NCBI GenBank assembly: GCA_030390025.1
Contig: CM059438.1
Span: forward strand, 55,244,001 to 55,308,000
From: Squalus acanthias
Taxonomy: Eukaryota
DNA length: 64,000 bases
Direction of reading: 5' to 3'
Made by a program: the position numbers and the translations under genes. A model generated the notes under the pieces. That model searched no databases, was not told the origin of the DNA, and saw nothing but the letters and a program-made list of their open reading frames with translations. Shown piece after piece: positions 12,101 to 27,100 of this stretch (position 1 is its first letter; each line of letters starts with the position of its first letter).

Positions 12101-15100
12101 TATAGCACCGTCTCTGCCTCTCTCTATAGCACCGTCTCTGCCTCTCTCTATAGCTCCGTCTTTCTCTCTCTATCGCACCGTCTCTGTCTCTCTCTATAGC
12201 ACCGTCTCTGTCTCTCTATAGCACCGTCTCTGCCTCTCTCTATCCCACCGTCTCTGTCTCTCTCTCTATAGCACCGTCTCTGCCTCTCTCCATAGCTGTC
12301 TCTCTCTCTATAGCACCGTCTCTGTCTCTCTCTATAGCACCGTCTCTGCCTTCTCTATAGCACCGTCTCTGTCTCTCTCTATTGCACCGTTTCTGCCTCT
12401 CTCTATAGCACCGTCTCTGCCTCTCTCTCTACAGCACAGTCTCTGTCTCTCTCTCTATCACACCGTCTCTCGCTCTCTCTCTATAGCACCGTCTCTGCCT
12501 CTCTCTATAGCACCGTCTCTGTCTCTCTCTATAGCACCGTCTCTGTCTCTCTCTGTAGCACCGTCTCTGCCTCTCTCTATAGCACTGTCTCTGTCTCTCT
12601 CTATAGCACCGTCTCTGTCTCTCTCTATAGCACCGTCTCTGTCTCTCTCTATAGCACCGTCTCTGCCTCTCTCTATAGCACCGTCTCTGCCTCTCTCTAT
12701 TGCACCGTCTCTGCCTCTCTCTATAGCACCGTTTCTGCCTCTCTCTATAGCACCGTCTCTGTCTCTCTCTCTTGAGCACCGTCTCTGTCTCTCTCTCTTG
12801 AGCACCGTCTCTGTCTCTCTCCAGAGCACCGTCTCTGTCTCTCTCTATAGCACCGTCTCTGTCCCTCTCTATATAGCACCGTCTCTGTCTCTCTCTCTAT
12901 AGCACCGTCTCTGTCTCTCTATAGCACCGTCTCTGCCTCTCTCTATCCCACCTTCTCTGTCTCTCTCTATAGCACCGTCTCTGTCTCTCTCTATAGCACC
13001 GTCTCTGTCTCTCTCCATAGCTCTGTCTCTCTCTCTATAGCACCGTCTCTGCCTCTCTCTATAGCACCGTCTCTGTCTCTCTCCATTGCTCTGTCTCTCT
13101 CAAAAGCACCGTCTCTGTCTCTTTCTCTATAGCACCGTCTCTGCCTCTCTCTAAAGCACCGTCTCTGTCTCTCTCTATAGCACCGTCTCTGTCTCTCTCT
13201 AAAGCACCGTCTCTGCCTCTCTCTCTACAGCACCGTCTCTGCCTCTCTCTCTATAGCACCGTCTCTGCCTCTCTCTCTATAGCACCGTCTCTGTGTCTCT
13301 CTATAGCACCGTCTCTGTCTCTCTCTATAGCACCGTCTCTGCCTCTCTCTCTACAGCACCGTCTCTGCCTCTCTCTCTATAGCACCGTCTCTGCCTCTCT
13401 CTCTATAGCACCGTCTCTGTGTCTCTCTATAGCACCGTCTCTGCCTCTCTCTCTATAGCACCGTCTCTGCCTCTCTCTCTATAGCACCGTTTCTGCCTCT
13501 CTATAGCACCGTTTCTGCCTCTCTCTAGAGCACCGTCTCTGTCTCTTTCTCGCTAGAGCACCGTCTCTGTCTCTCTCTATAGCACCGTCTCTGCCTCTCT
13601 CTATAGCTCCGTCTTTCTCTCTCTATCGCAGCGTCTCTGTCTCTCTCTATAGCACCGTCTCTGCCTCTCTCTATCCCACCGTCTCTGTCTCTCTCTATAG
13701 CACCGTTTCTGCCTCTCTCTATAGCACCGTCTCTGTCTCTCTCTATAGCACCGTCTCTGTCTCTCTCTATAGCACCGTTTCTGCCTCTCTCTCTCTTGAG
13801 CACCGTCTCTGTCTCTCTCTGTAGCACCGTCTCTGCCTCTCTATAGCACCGTCTCTGTCTCTCTCTATCGCACCGTCTGTGCCTCTCTCTATAGCACCGT
13901 CTCCGTCTCTCTCTATCGCACCGTCTCTGCCTCTCTCTATAGCACCGTCTCTCACTCTCGCTCTATAGCACCGTCTCTGTCTCTCTCTCTATAGCACAGT
14001 CTCTGTCTCTCTCTCTATCACACCGTCTCTCGCTCTCTCTCTATAGCACCGTCTCTGCCTCTCTCTATAGCACCGTCTCTGTCTCTCTCTATAGCACCGT
14101 CTGTCTCTCTCTATAGCACTGTCTCTGTCTCTCTCTATAGCACCGTCTCTGCCTCTCTCTATAGCACCGTCTCTGCCTCTCTCTATAGCACCGTCTCTGT
14201 CTCTCTATAGCACCGTCTCTGTCTCTCTCTCTATAGCACCGTTTCTGCCTCTCTATAGCACCGTCTCTGCCTCTCTCTATAGCACCGTCTCTGTCTCTCT
14301 ATAGCACCGTCTCTGTCTCTCTCTCTATAGCACCGTTTCTGTCTCTCTATAGCACCGTCTCTGTCTCTCTCTCTATAGCACCGTTTCTGCCTCTCTATAG
14401 CACCGTCTCTGCCTCTCTCTATAGCACCGTCTCTGTCTCTCTATAGCACCGTCTCTGTCTCTCTCTCTATAGCACCGTTTCTGCCTCTCTCTAGAGCACC
14501 GTCTCTGTCTCTTTATCTCTAGAGCACCGTCTCTGTCTCTCTCTATAGCACCGTCTCTGCCTCTCTCTATAGCACCGTCTCTGTCTCTCTCTGTAGCACC
14601 GTTTCTGCCTCTCTCTAGAGCACCGTCTCTGTCTCTTTCTCTCCAGAGCACCGTCTCTGTCTCTCTCTATAGCACCGTCTCTGCCTCTCTCTATAGCTCC
14701 GTCTTTCTCTCTCTATCGCACCGTCTCTGTCTCTCTCTATAGCACCGTCTCTGTCTCTCTGTATCCCACCGTCTCTGTCTCTCTCTATAGCACCGTCTCT
14801 GCCTCTCTCTCTACAGCACCGTCTCTGCCTCTCTCTCTATAGCACCGTCTCTGCCTCTCTCTCTATAGCACCGTCTCTGTGTCTCTCTATAGCACCGTCT
14901 CTGCCTCTCTCTCTATAGCACCGTCTCTCTGTCTCTCTATAGCACCGTCTCTGCCTCTCTCTCTATAGCACCGTCTCTGTGTCTCTCTATAGCACCGTCT
15001 CTGCCTCTCTCTATAGCACCATCTCTATCTCTCTCTATAGCACCGTCTCTGTCTCTCTCTCGCACCGTTTCTGCCTCTCTCTATAGCACCGTCTCTGTCG

Positions 15101-18100
15101 CTCTCTATAGCACCGTCTCTGCCTCTCTCTATAGCACCGTCTCTGTCTCTCTCTATAGCACCGTCTCTGTCTCTCTCTATAGCACCGTTTCTGTCTCTCT
15201 CTTTCGCACCGTTTCTGCCTCTCTCTATAGCACCGTTTCTGCCTCTCTCTATAGCACCGTCTCTGTCTCTCTATAGCACCGTCTCTGCCTCTCTCTATAG
15301 CACCGTCTCTGGCTCTCTCTATAGCACCGTCTCTCACTCTCGCTCTATAGCACCGTCTCTGTCTCTCTCTCTATCACACCGTCTCTGTCGCTCTCTATAG
15401 CACCGTCTCTGCCTCTCTCTATAGCACCGTCTCTGTCTCTCTCTATAGCACCGTCTCTGTCTCTCTATAGCACCGTCTCTGCCTCTCTCTCTAGAGCACC
15501 GTCTCTGTCTCTTTCTCGCTAGAGCACCGTCTCTGTCTCTCTCTATAGCACCGTCTCTGCCTCTCTCTATAGCTCCGTCTTTCTCTCTCTATCGCAGCGT
15601 CTCTCTCTCTCTCTATAGCACCGTCTCTGTCTCTCTCTATCCCACCGTCTCTGTCTCTCTCTCTATAGCACCGTCTCTGCCTCTCTCTATAGCACCGTTT
15701 CTGCCTCTCTCTATAGCACCGTCTCTGCCTCTCTCTATAGCTCCGTCTTTCTCTATCGCACCGTCTCTGTCTCTCTCTATTGCACCGTCTCTGCCTCTCT
15801 CTATCCCACCGTTTCTGCCTCTCTCTATAGCACCGTTTCTGCCTCTCTCTATAGCACCGTCTCTGTCTCTCTCTATAGCACCGTCTCTGTCTCTCTCTAT
15901 AGCACCGTCTCTGCCTCTCTATAGCACCGTCTCTGTCTCTCTCTATCGCACCGTCTGTGCCTCTCTCTATAGCACCGTCTCTGTCTCTCTCTATCGCACC
16001 GTCTCTGTCTCTCTCTATAGCACCGTCTCTGTCTCTATCGCACCGTCTCTGCCTCTCTCTCTATAGCACCGTCTCTGTCTCTCTCTATAGCACCGTCTCT
16101 GTCTCTCTCTCTATAGCACCGTCTCTGTCTCTCTCTCTTGAGCACCGTCTCTGTCTCTCTCCAGAGCACCGTCTCTGTCTCTCTCTATAGCACCGTCTCT
16201 GTCTCTCTCTCTATAGCACCGTCTCTGTCTCTCTCTCTATAGCACCGTCTCTGCATCTCTTGAAAGCACCGTCTCTGCCTCGCTCTCTATAGCACCGTCT
16301 CTGTCTCTCTCTCTATAGCACCGTCTCTGTCTCTCTCTCTATAGCACCGTCTCTGTCTCTCTCTCTATAGCACCGTCTCTGTCTCTCTATAGCACCGTCT
16401 CTGTCTCTCTATAGCACCGTCTCTGCCTCTCTCTATCCCACCTTCTCTGTCTCTCTCTATAGCACCGTCTCTGTCTCTCTCTCTATAGCACCGTCTCTGT
16501 CTCTCTCCATAGCTCTGTCTCTCTCTCTATAGCACCGTCTCTGCCTCTCTCTATAGCACCGTCTCTGTCTCTCTCCATAGCTCTGTCTCTCTCAAAAGCA
16601 CCGTCTCTGTCTCTTTCTCTATAGCACCGTCTCTGCCTCTCTCTAAAGCACCGTCTCTGTCTCTCTCTATAGCACCGTCTCTGTCTCTCTCTAAAGCACC
16701 GTCTCTGCCTCTCTACAGCACCGTCTCTGCCTCTCTATAGCACCGTCTCTGCCTCTCTCTCTATAGCACCGTCTCTGTGTCTCTCTATAGCACCGTCTCT
16801 GTCTCTCTCTATAGCACCGTCTCTGCCTCTCTCTCTGTAGCACCGTCTCTGCCTCTCTCTCTATAGCACCGTCTCTGTGTCTCTCTATAGCACCGTCTCT
16901 GCCTCTCTCTCTATAGCACCGTCTCTCTGTCTCTCTATAGCACCGTCTCTGCCTCTCTCTCTATAGCACCGTCTCTGTGTCTCTCTATAGCACCGTCTCT
17001 GCCTCTCTCTATAGCACCGTTTCTGCCTCTCTCTATAGCACCGTCTCTGTCGCTCTCTATAGCACCGTCTCTGCCTCTCTCTATAGCACCGTCTCTGTCT
17101 CTCTCTTTCGCACCGTTTCTGCCTCTCTCTATAGCACCGTTTCTGACTCTCTCTATAGCACCGTCTCTGCCTCTCTCTCTACAGCACCGTCTCTGGCTCT
17201 CTCTATAGCACCGTCTCTGCCTCTCTCTATAGCACCGTCTCTCACTCTCGCTCTATAGCACCGTCTCTGTCTCTCTCTCTATAGCACAGTCTCTGTCTCT
17301 CTCTCTATCACACCGTCTCTCGCTCTCTCTCTATAGCACCGTCTCTGCCTCTCTCTATAGCACCGTCTCTGTCTCTCTCTATAGCACCGTCTGTCTCTCT
17401 CTATAGCACTGTCTCTGTCTCTCTCTATAGCACCGTCTCTGCCTCTCTCTATAGCACCGTCTCTGCCTCTCTCTATAGCACCGTCTCTGTCTCTCTATAG
17501 CACCGTCTCTGTCTCTCTCTATAGCACCGTTTCTGCCTCTCTATAGCACCGTTTCTGTCTCTCTCTATAGCACCGTTTCTGCCTCTCTCTAGAGCACCGT
17601 CTCTGTCTCTTTATCTCTAGAGCACCGTCTCTGTCTCTCTCTATAGCACCGTTTCTGCCTCTCTCTAGAGCACCGTCTCTGTCTCTTTCTCTCTAGAGCA
17701 CCGTCTCTGTCTCTCTCTATAGCACCGTCTCTGCCTCTCTCTATAGCTCCGTCTTTCTCTCTCTATCGCACCGTCTCTGTCTCTCTCTATCGCACCGTCT
17801 CTGTCTCTCTCTCTATAGCACCGTCTCTGTCTCTCTCTCTTGAGCACCGTCTCTGTCTCTCTCTCTCCAGAGCACCGTCTCTGTCTCTCTCTCTATAGCA
17901 CCGTCTCTGCATCTCTTGAAAGCACCGTCTCTGCCTCGCTCTCTATAGCACCGTCTCTGTCTCTCTCTCTATAGCACCGTCTCTGTCTCTCTCTCTATAG
18001 CACCGTCTCTGTCTCTCTCTATAGCACCGTCTCTGTCTCTCTCTATATAGCACCGTCTCTGTCTCTCTCTCTATAGCACCGTCTCTGTCTCTCTATAGCA

Positions 18101-21100
18101 CCGTCTCTGTCTCTCTATAGCACCGTCTCTGCCTCTCTCTATCCCACCTTCTCTGTCTCTCTCTATAGCACCGTCTCTGTCTCTCTCTCTATAGCACCGT
18201 CTCTGTCTCTCTCCATAGCTCTGTCTCTCTCTCTATAGCACCGTCTCTGCCTCTCTCTTTTGCACCGTCTCTGTCTCTCTCCATAGCTCTGTCTCTCTAT
18301 AGCACCGTCTCTGTCTCTCTATAGCACCGTCTCTGCCTCTCTCTATCCCACCTTCTCTGTCTCTCTCTATAGCACCGTCTCTGTCTCTCTCTCTATAGCA
18401 CCGTCTCTGTCTCTCTCCATAGCTCTGTCTGTCTCTCTATAGCACCGTCTCTGTCTCTTTCTCTATAGCACCGTCTCTGCCTCTCTCTAAAGCACCGTCT
18501 CTGTCTCTCTCTATAGCACCGTCTCTGTCTCTCTCTAAAGCACCGTCTCTGCCTCTCTACAGCACCGTCTCTGCCTCTCTCTCTATAGCACCGTCTCTGT
18601 GTCTCTCTATAGCACCGTCTCTGTCTCTCTCTATAGCACCGTCTCTGCCTCTCTCTCTATAGCACCGTCTCTGTGTCTCTATATAGCACCGTCTCTGCCT
18701 CTCTCTCTATAGCACCGTCTCTCTGTCTCTCTATAGCACCGTCTCTGCCTCTCTCTCTATAGCACCGTCTCTGCCTCTCTCTATAGCACCGTCTCTGTCT
18801 CTCTGTATAGCACCGTCTCTGTCTCTCTCTGTAGCACCGTCTCTGCCTCTCTCTATAGCACCGTCTCTGTCTCTCTCTATAGCACCGTTTCTGCGCCTCT
18901 CTCTATTGCACCGTCTCTGTCTCTCTCTTTCGCACCGTTTCTGCCTCTCTCTATAGCACCGTTTCTGCCTCTCTCTATAGCACCGTCTCTGCCTCTCTCT
19001 CTATAGCACCGTCTCTGGCTCTCTCTATAGCACCGTCTCTGCCTCTCTCTATAGCACCGTCTCTCACTCTCGCTCTATAGCACCGTCTCTCGCTCTCTCT
19101 CTATAGCACCGTCTCTGCCTCTCTCTATAGCACCGTCTCTGTCTCTCTCTATAGCACCGTCTGTCTCTCTCTATAGCACTGTCTCTGTCTCTCTCTATAG
19201 CACCGTCTCTGCCTCTCTCTATAGCACCGTTTCTGTCTCTCTCTATAGCACCGTTTCTGCCTCTCTCTAGAGCACCGTCTCTGTCTCTTTATCTCTAGAG
19301 CACCGTCTCTGTCTCTCTCTATAGCACCGTCTCTGCCTCTCTCTATAGCACCGTCTCTGTCTCTCTATCGCACCGTCTCTGTCTCTCTCTATAGCACCGT
19401 CTCTGTCTCTCTATAGCACCGTCTCTGTCTCTCTGTATCCCACCGTCTCTGTCTCTCTCTATAGCACCGTCGCTGCCTCTCTCTATCCCACCGTCTCTCG
19501 CTCTCTCTCTATAGCACCGTCTCTGTCTCTCTCTCTATAGCACCGTCGCTGCCTCTCTCTATAGCAGCGTCTCTGTCTCTCTCTATTGCACCGTCTCTGC
19601 CTCTCTCTATCGCATCGTCTCTGCCTCTCTCTATCGCACCGTCTCTGCCTCTCTCTATCGCACCGTCTCTGCCTCTCTCTATCGCACAGTCTCTGCCTCT
19701 CTCTATCGCACCGTCTCTGCCTCTCTCTATCGCACCGTCTCTGCCTCTCTCTATCGCACCGTCTCTGCCTCTCTCTATCGCACCGTCTCTGCCTCTCTCT
19801 ATCGCACCGTCTCTGCCTCTCTCTATATCACCGTCTCTGTCTCTCTCTATAGCACCGTCTCTGCCTCTCTCTATAGCACCGTCTCTGTCTCTCTCTCTGT
19901 AGCACCGTCTCTGTCTCTCTCTATAGCACCGTTTCTGCCTCTCTCTATAGCACCGTCTCTGCCTCTCTCTATAGCACCGTCTCTGCCTCTCTCTATAGCT
20001 CCGTCTTTCTCTCTCTATCGCACCGTCTCTGTCTCTCTCTATAGCACCGTCTCTGTCTCTCTATAGCACCGTCTCTGCCTCTCTCTATCCCACCGTCTCT
20101 GTCTCTCTCTCTATAGCACCGTCTCTGCCTCTCTCCATAGCTGTCTCTCTCTCTATAGCACCGTCTCTGCCTCTCTCTATCGCACCGTCTCTGCCTCTCT
20201 CTATCGCACCGTCTCTGCCTTCTCTATAGCACCGTCTCTGTCTCTCTCTATTGCACCGTTTCTGCCTCTCTCTATAGCACCGTCTCTGCCTCTCTCTCTA
20301 CAGCACAGTCTCTGTCTCTCTCTCTATCACACCGTCTCTCGCTCTCTCTCTATAGCACCGTCTCTGCCTCTCTCTATAGCACCGTCTCTGTCTCTCTCTA
20401 TAGCACCGTCTCTGTCTCTCTCTGTAGCACCGTCTCTGCCTCTCTCTATAGCACTGTCTCTGTCTCTCTCTATAGCACCGTCTCTGTCTCTCTCTATAGC
20501 ACCGTCTCTGTCTCTCTCTATAGCACCGTCTCTGCCTCTCTCTATAGCACCGTCTCTGCCTCTCTCTATTGCACCGTCTCTGCCTCTCTCTATAGCACCG
20601 TTTCTGCCTCTCTCTATAGCACCGTCTCTGTCTCTCTCTCTTGAGCACCGTCTCTGTCTCTCTCTCTTGAGCACCGTCTCTGTCTCTCTCCAGAGCACCG
20701 TCTCTGTCTCTCTCTATAGCACCGTCTCTGTCCCTCTCTATATAGCACCGTCTCTGTCTCTCTCTCTATAGCACCGTCTCTGTCTCTCTATAGCACCGTC
20801 TCTGCCTCTCTCTATCCCACCTTCTCTGTCTCTCTCTATAGCACCGTCTCTGTCTCTCTCTCTATAGCACCGTCTCTGTCTCTCTCCATAGCTCTGTCTC
20901 TCTCTCTATAGCACCGTCTCTGCCTCTCTCTATAGCACCGTCTCTGTCTCTCTCCATTGCTCTGTCTCTCTCAAAAGCACCGTCTCTGTCTCTTTCTCTA
21001 TAGCACCGTCTCTGCCTCTCTCTAAAGCACCGTCTCTGTCTCTCTCTATAGCACCGTCTCTGTCTCTCTCTAAAGCACCGTCTCTGCCTCTCTCTCTACA

Positions 21101-24100
21101 GCACCGTCTCTGCCTCTCTCTCTATAGCACCGTCTCTGCCTCTCTCTCTATAGCACCGTCTCTGTGTCTCTCTATAGCACCGTCTCTGTCTCTCTCTATA
21201 GCACCGTCTCTGCCTCTCTCTCTATAGCACCGTCTCTGCCTCTCTCTCTATAGCACCGTTTCTGCCTCTCTCTAGAGCACCGTCTCTGTCTCTTTCTCGC
21301 TAGAGCACCGTCTCTGTCTCTCTCTATAGCACCGTCTCTGCCTCTCTCTATAGCTCCGTCTTTCTCTCTCTATCGCAGCGTCTCTGTCTCTCTCTATAGC
21401 ACCGTCTCTGCCTCTCTCTATCCCACCGTCTCTGTCTCTCTCTATAGCACCGTTTCTGCCTCTCTCTATAGCACCGTCTCTGTCTCTCTCTATAGCACCG
21501 TTTCTGCCTCTCTCTCTCTTGAGCACCGTCTCTGTCTCTCTCTGTTGCACCGTCTCTGCCTCTCTATAGCACCGTCTCTGTCTCTCTCTATCGCACCGTC
21601 TGTGCCTCTCTCTATAGCACCGTCTCCGTCTCTCTCTATCGCACCGTCTCTGCCTCTCTCTATAGCACCGTCTCTCACTCTCGCTCTATAGCACCGTCTC
21701 TGTCTCTCTCTCTATAGCACAGTCTCTGTCTCTCTCTCTATCACACCGTCTCTCGCTCTCTCTCTATAGCACCGTCTCTGCCTCTCTCTATAGCACCGTC
21801 TCTGTCTCTCTCTATAGCACCGTCTGTCTCTCTCTATAGCACTGTCTCTGTCTCTCTCTATAGCACCGTCTCTGCCTCTCTCTATAGCACCGTCTCTGCC
21901 TCTCTCTATAGCACCGTCTCTGTCTCTCTATAGCACCGTCTCTGTCTCTCTCTCTATAGCACCGTTTCTGTCTCTCTATAGCACCGTCTCTGTCTCTCTC
22001 TCTATAGCACCGTTTCTGCCTCTCTATAGCACCGTCTCTGCCTCTCTCTATAGCACCGTCTCTGCCTCTCTCTATAGCACCGTCTCTGTCTCTCTATAGC
22101 ACCGTCTCTGTCTCTCTCTCTATAGCACCGTTTCTGCCTCTCTCTAGAGCACCGTCTCTGTCTCTTTATCTCTAGAGCACCGTCTCTGTCTCTCTCTATA
22201 GCACCGTCTCTGCCTCTCTCTATAGCACCGTCTCTGTCTCTCTCTGTAGCACCGTTTCTGCCTCTCTCTAGAGCACCGTCTCTGTCTCTTTCTCTCCAGA
22301 GCACCGTCTCTGTCTCTCTCTATAGCACCGTCTCTGCCTCTCTCTATAGCTCCGTCTTTCTCTCTCTATCGCACCGTCTCTGTCTCTCTCTATAGCACCG
22401 TCTCTGTCTCTCTGTATCCCACCGTCTCTGTCTCTCTCTATAGCACCGTCTCTGCCTCTCTCTATCCCACCGTCTCTCGCTCTCTCTCTATAGCACCGTC
22501 TCTGTCTCTCTCTCTATAGCACCGTCGCTGCCTCTCTCTATAGCAGCGTCTCTGTCTCTCTCTATCGCACCGTCTCTGCCTCTCTCTATCGCACCGTCTC
22601 TGCCTCTCTCTATCGCACCGTCTCTGCCTCTCTCTATCGCACCGTCTCTGCCTCTCTCTATCGCACCGTCTCTGCCTCTCTCTATCGCACCGTCTCTGCC
22701 TCTCTCTATCGCACCGTCTCTGCCTCTCTCTATCGCACCGTCTCTGCCTCTCTCTATCGCACCGTCTCTGCCTCTCTCTATCGCACCGTCTCTGCCTCTC
22801 TCTATCGCACCGTCTCTGCCTCTCTCTATCGCACCGTCTCTGCCTCTCTCTATCGCACCGTCTCTGCCTCTCTCGATAGCACCGTCTCTGCCTCTCTCGA
22901 TAGCACCGTCTCTGCCTCTCTCTATAGCACCGTCTCTGTCTCTCTCTCTCTAGCACCGTCTCTGTCTCTCTCTATAGCACCGTTTCTGCCTCTCTCTATA
23001 GCACCGTCTCTGCCTCTCTCTATAGCACCGTCTCTGCCTCTCTCTATAGCTCCGTCTTTCTCTCTCTATCGCACCGTCTCTGTCTCTCTCTATAGCACCG
23101 TCTCTGTCTCTCTATAGCACCGTCTCTGCCTCTCTCTATCCCACCGTCTCTGTCTCTCTCTCTACAGCACCGTCTCTGCCTCTCTCCATAGCTGTCTCTC
23201 TCTCTATAGCACCGTCTAGTCTCTCTCTATAGCACCGTCTCTGCCTTCTCTATAGCACCGTCTCTGTCTCTCTCTATCGCACCGTTTCTGCCTCTCTCCA
23301 TAGCACCGTCTCTGCCTCTCTCTCTATAGCACAGTCTCTGTCTCTCTCTCTATCACACCGTCTCTGCCTCTCTCTCTATAGCACCGTCTCTGCCTCTCTC
23401 TCTATAGCACCGTCTCTGTCTCTCTCTATCGCACCGTCTCTGTCTCTCTCTTTCGCACCGTTTCTGCCTCTCTCTATAGCACCGTTTCTGCCTCTCTCTA
23501 TAGCACCGTCTCTGCCTCTCTCTCTATAGCACCGTCTCTGGCTCTCTCTATAGCACCGTCTCTGCTCTCTCTATAGCACCGTCTCTGCTCTCTCTCTATA
23601 GCACCGTCTCTGTCTCTCTCTATAGCACAGTCTCTGTCTCTCTCTCTATCGCACCGTCTCTCGCTCTCTCTCTATAGCACCGTCTCTGCCTCTCTCTATA
23701 GCACCGTCTCTGTCTCTCTCTATAGCACCGTCTGTCTCTCTCTATAGCACCGTCTCTGTCTCTCTCTATAGCACCGTCTCTGCCTCTCTCTATAGCACCG
23801 TCTCTGCCTCTCTCTATAGCACCGTCTCTGCCTCTCTCTCTATAGCACCGTTTCTGCCTCTCTATAGCACCGTTTCTGTCTCTCTCTATAGCACCGTTTC
23901 TGCCTCTCTCTAGAGCACCGTCTCTGTCTCTTTATCTCTAGAGCACCGTCTCTGTCTCTCTCTATAGCACCGTCTCTGCCTCTCTCTATAGCACCGTCTC
24001 TGTCTCTCTCAAAAGCACCGTTTCTGCCTCTCTCTAGAGCACCGTCTCTGTCTCTCTATAGCACCGTCTCTGTCTCTCTGTATCCCACCGTCTCTGTCTC

Positions 24101-27100
24101 TCTCTATAGCACCGTCTCTGCCTCTCTCTATCCCACCGTCTCTCGCTCTCTCTCTATAGCACCGTCTCTGCCTCTCTCTATCGCACCGTCTCTGCCTCTC
24201 TCTATAGCACCGTCTCTGTCTCTCTCTATAGCACCGTCTCTGTCTCTCTCTATAGCACCGTCTCTGCCTCTCTCTAGAGCACCGTCTCTGTCTCTCTCTC
24301 TGATGCACCGTCTCTGTCTCTCTCTATAGCACCGTTTCTGCCTCTCTCTATAGCACCGTCTCTGCCTCTCTCTATAGCTCCGTCTTTCTCTCTCTATCGC
24401 ACCGTCTCTGTCTCTCTCTATAGCACCGTCTCTGTCTCTCTATAGCACCGTCTCTGCCTCTCTCTATCCCACCGTCTCTGTCTCTCTCTCTATAGCACCG
24501 TCTCTGCCTCTCTCCATAGCTGTCTCTCTCTCTATAGCACCGTCTCTGTCTCTCTCTATAGCACCGTCTCTGCCTTCTCTATAGCACCGTCTCTGTCTCT
24601 CTCTATCGCACCGTTTCTGCCTCTCTCTATAGCACCGTCTCTGCCTCTCTCTCTATAGCACAGTCTCTGTCTCTCTCTCTATCACACCGTCTCTCGCTCT
24701 CTCTCTATAGCACCGTCTCTGCCTCTCTCTATAGCACCGTCTCTGTCTCTCTCTATAGCACCGTTTCTGTCTCTCTCTATAGCACCGTCTCTGCCTCTCT
24801 CTATAGCACCGTCTCTGTCTCTCTCTATAGCACCGTCTCTGTCTCTCTCTATAGCACCGTCTCTGCCTCTCTCTATAGCACCGTCTCTGCCTCTCTCTAT
24901 AGCACCGTCTCTGCCTTTCTCTATAGCACCGTCTCTGCCTCTCTCTATTGCACCGTCTCTGCCTCTCTCTATAGCACCGTTTCTGCCTCTCTCTGGAGCA
25001 CCGTCTCTGTCTCTCTCTCTATAGCACCGTCTCTGTCTCTCTCTCTATAGCACCGTCTCTGTCTCTCTCTCTATAGCACCGTCTCTGTCTCTCTCTATAG
25101 CACCGTCTCTGTCTCTCTCTATATAGCACCGTCTCTGTCTCTCTCTCTATAGCACCGTCTCTGTCTCTCTATAGCACCGTCTCTGCCTCTCTCTATCCCA
25201 CCTTCTCTGTCTCTCTCTATAGCACCGTCTCTGTCTCTCTCTATAGCACCGTCTCTGTCTCTCTCAAAAGCACCGTCTCTGTCTCTCTCTATAGCACCGT
25301 CTCTGTCTCTCTCTCTATAGCACCGTCTCTGTCTCTCTCTATAGCACCGTCTCTGTCTCTCTCCATAGCTCTGTCTCTCTCTCTATAGCACCGTCTCTGC
25401 CTCTCTCTATAGCACCGTCTCTGTCTCTCTCCATTGCTCTGTCTCTCTCAAAAGCACCGTCTCTGTCTCTTTCTCTATAGCACCGTCTCTGCCTCTCTCT
25501 AAAGCACCGTCTCTGTCTCTCTCTATAGCACCGTCTCTGTCTCTCTCGAAAGCACCGTCTCTGCCTCTCTCTCTACAGCACCGTCTCTGCCTCTCTCTCG
25601 AAAGCACCGTCTCTGCCTCTCTCTCTATAGCACCGTCTCTGTGTCTCTCTATAGCACCGTCTCTGTGTCTCTCTATAGCACCGTCTCTGTCTCTCTCTAT
25701 AGCACCGTCTCTGCCTCTCTCTCTACAGCACCGTCTCTGCCTCTCTCTCTACAGCACCGTCTCTGCCTCTCTCTCTATAGCACCGTCTCTGCCTCTCTCT
25801 CTATAGCACCGTCTCTGTGTCTCTCTACAGCACCGTCTCTGCCTCTCTCTCTATAGCACCGTCTCTCTGTAGCACCGTCTCTGCCTCACTCTCTATAGCA
25901 CCGTCTCTGTCTCTCTCTATAGCACCGTCTCTGCCTCTCTCTATAGCACCGTCTCTGCCTCTCTCTATAGCACCGTCTCTGCCTCTCGCTCTATAGCACC
26001 GTCTCTGTCTCTCTCTCTATGGCACAGTCTCTGTCTCTCTCTCTATAGCACAGTCTCTGTCTCTCTCTCTATCACACCGTCTCTCGCTCTCTCTCTATAG
26101 CACCGTCTCTGCCTCTCTCTATAGCACCGTCTCTGTCTCTCTCTATAGCACCGTCTCTGCCTCTCTCTATAGCACCGTCTCTGCCTCTCTCTATAGCACC
26201 GTCTCTGTCTCTCTCTATAGCACCGTCTCTGCCTCTCTCTATAGCACCGTCTCTGTCTCTCTCTATAGCACCGTTTCTGCCTCTCTATAGCACCGTCTCT
26301 GCCTCTCTCTATAGCACCGTCTCTGCCTCTCTCTATAGCACCGTCTCTGTCTCTCTCTATAGCACCGTTTCTGCCTCTCTATAGCACCGTCTCTGCCTCT
26401 CTCTATAGCACCGTCTCTGTCTCTCTCTATCGCACCGTCTCTGCCTCTCTCTATCGCACAGTCTCTGCCTCTCTCTATCGCACAGTCTCTGCCTCTCTCT
26501 ATCGCACCGTCTCTGCCTCTCTCTATCGCACCGTCTCTGCCTCTCTCTATCGCACCGTCTCTGCCCCTCTCTATCACACCGTCTCTGCCTCTCTCTATAT
26601 CACCGTCTCTGTCTCTCTCTATAGCACCGTTTCTGCCTCTCTCTATAGCACCGTCTCTGTCTCTCTCTATAGCACCGTCTCTGCCTCTCTCTATAGCTCC
26701 GTCTTTCTCTCTCTATCGCACCGTCTCTGTCTCTCTCTATAGCACCGTCTCTGTCTCTCTATAGCACCGTCTCTGCCTCTCTCTATCCCACCGTCTCTGT
26801 CTCTCTCTCTATAGCACCGTCTCTGCCTCTCTCCATAGCTGTCTCTCTCTCTATAGCACCGTCTCTGTCTCTCTCTATAGCACCGTCTCTGCCTTCTCTA
26901 TAGCACCGTCTCTGTCTCTCTCTATTGCACCGTCTCTGTCTCTCTCTATTGCACAGTCTCTGTCTCTCTCTCTATCACACCGTCTCTCGCTCTCTCTCTA
27001 TAGCACCGTCTCTGCCTCTCTCTATAGCACCGTCTCTGTCTCTCTCTATAGCACCGTCTCTGTCTCTCTCTATAGCACCGTCTCTGCCTCTCTCTATAGC

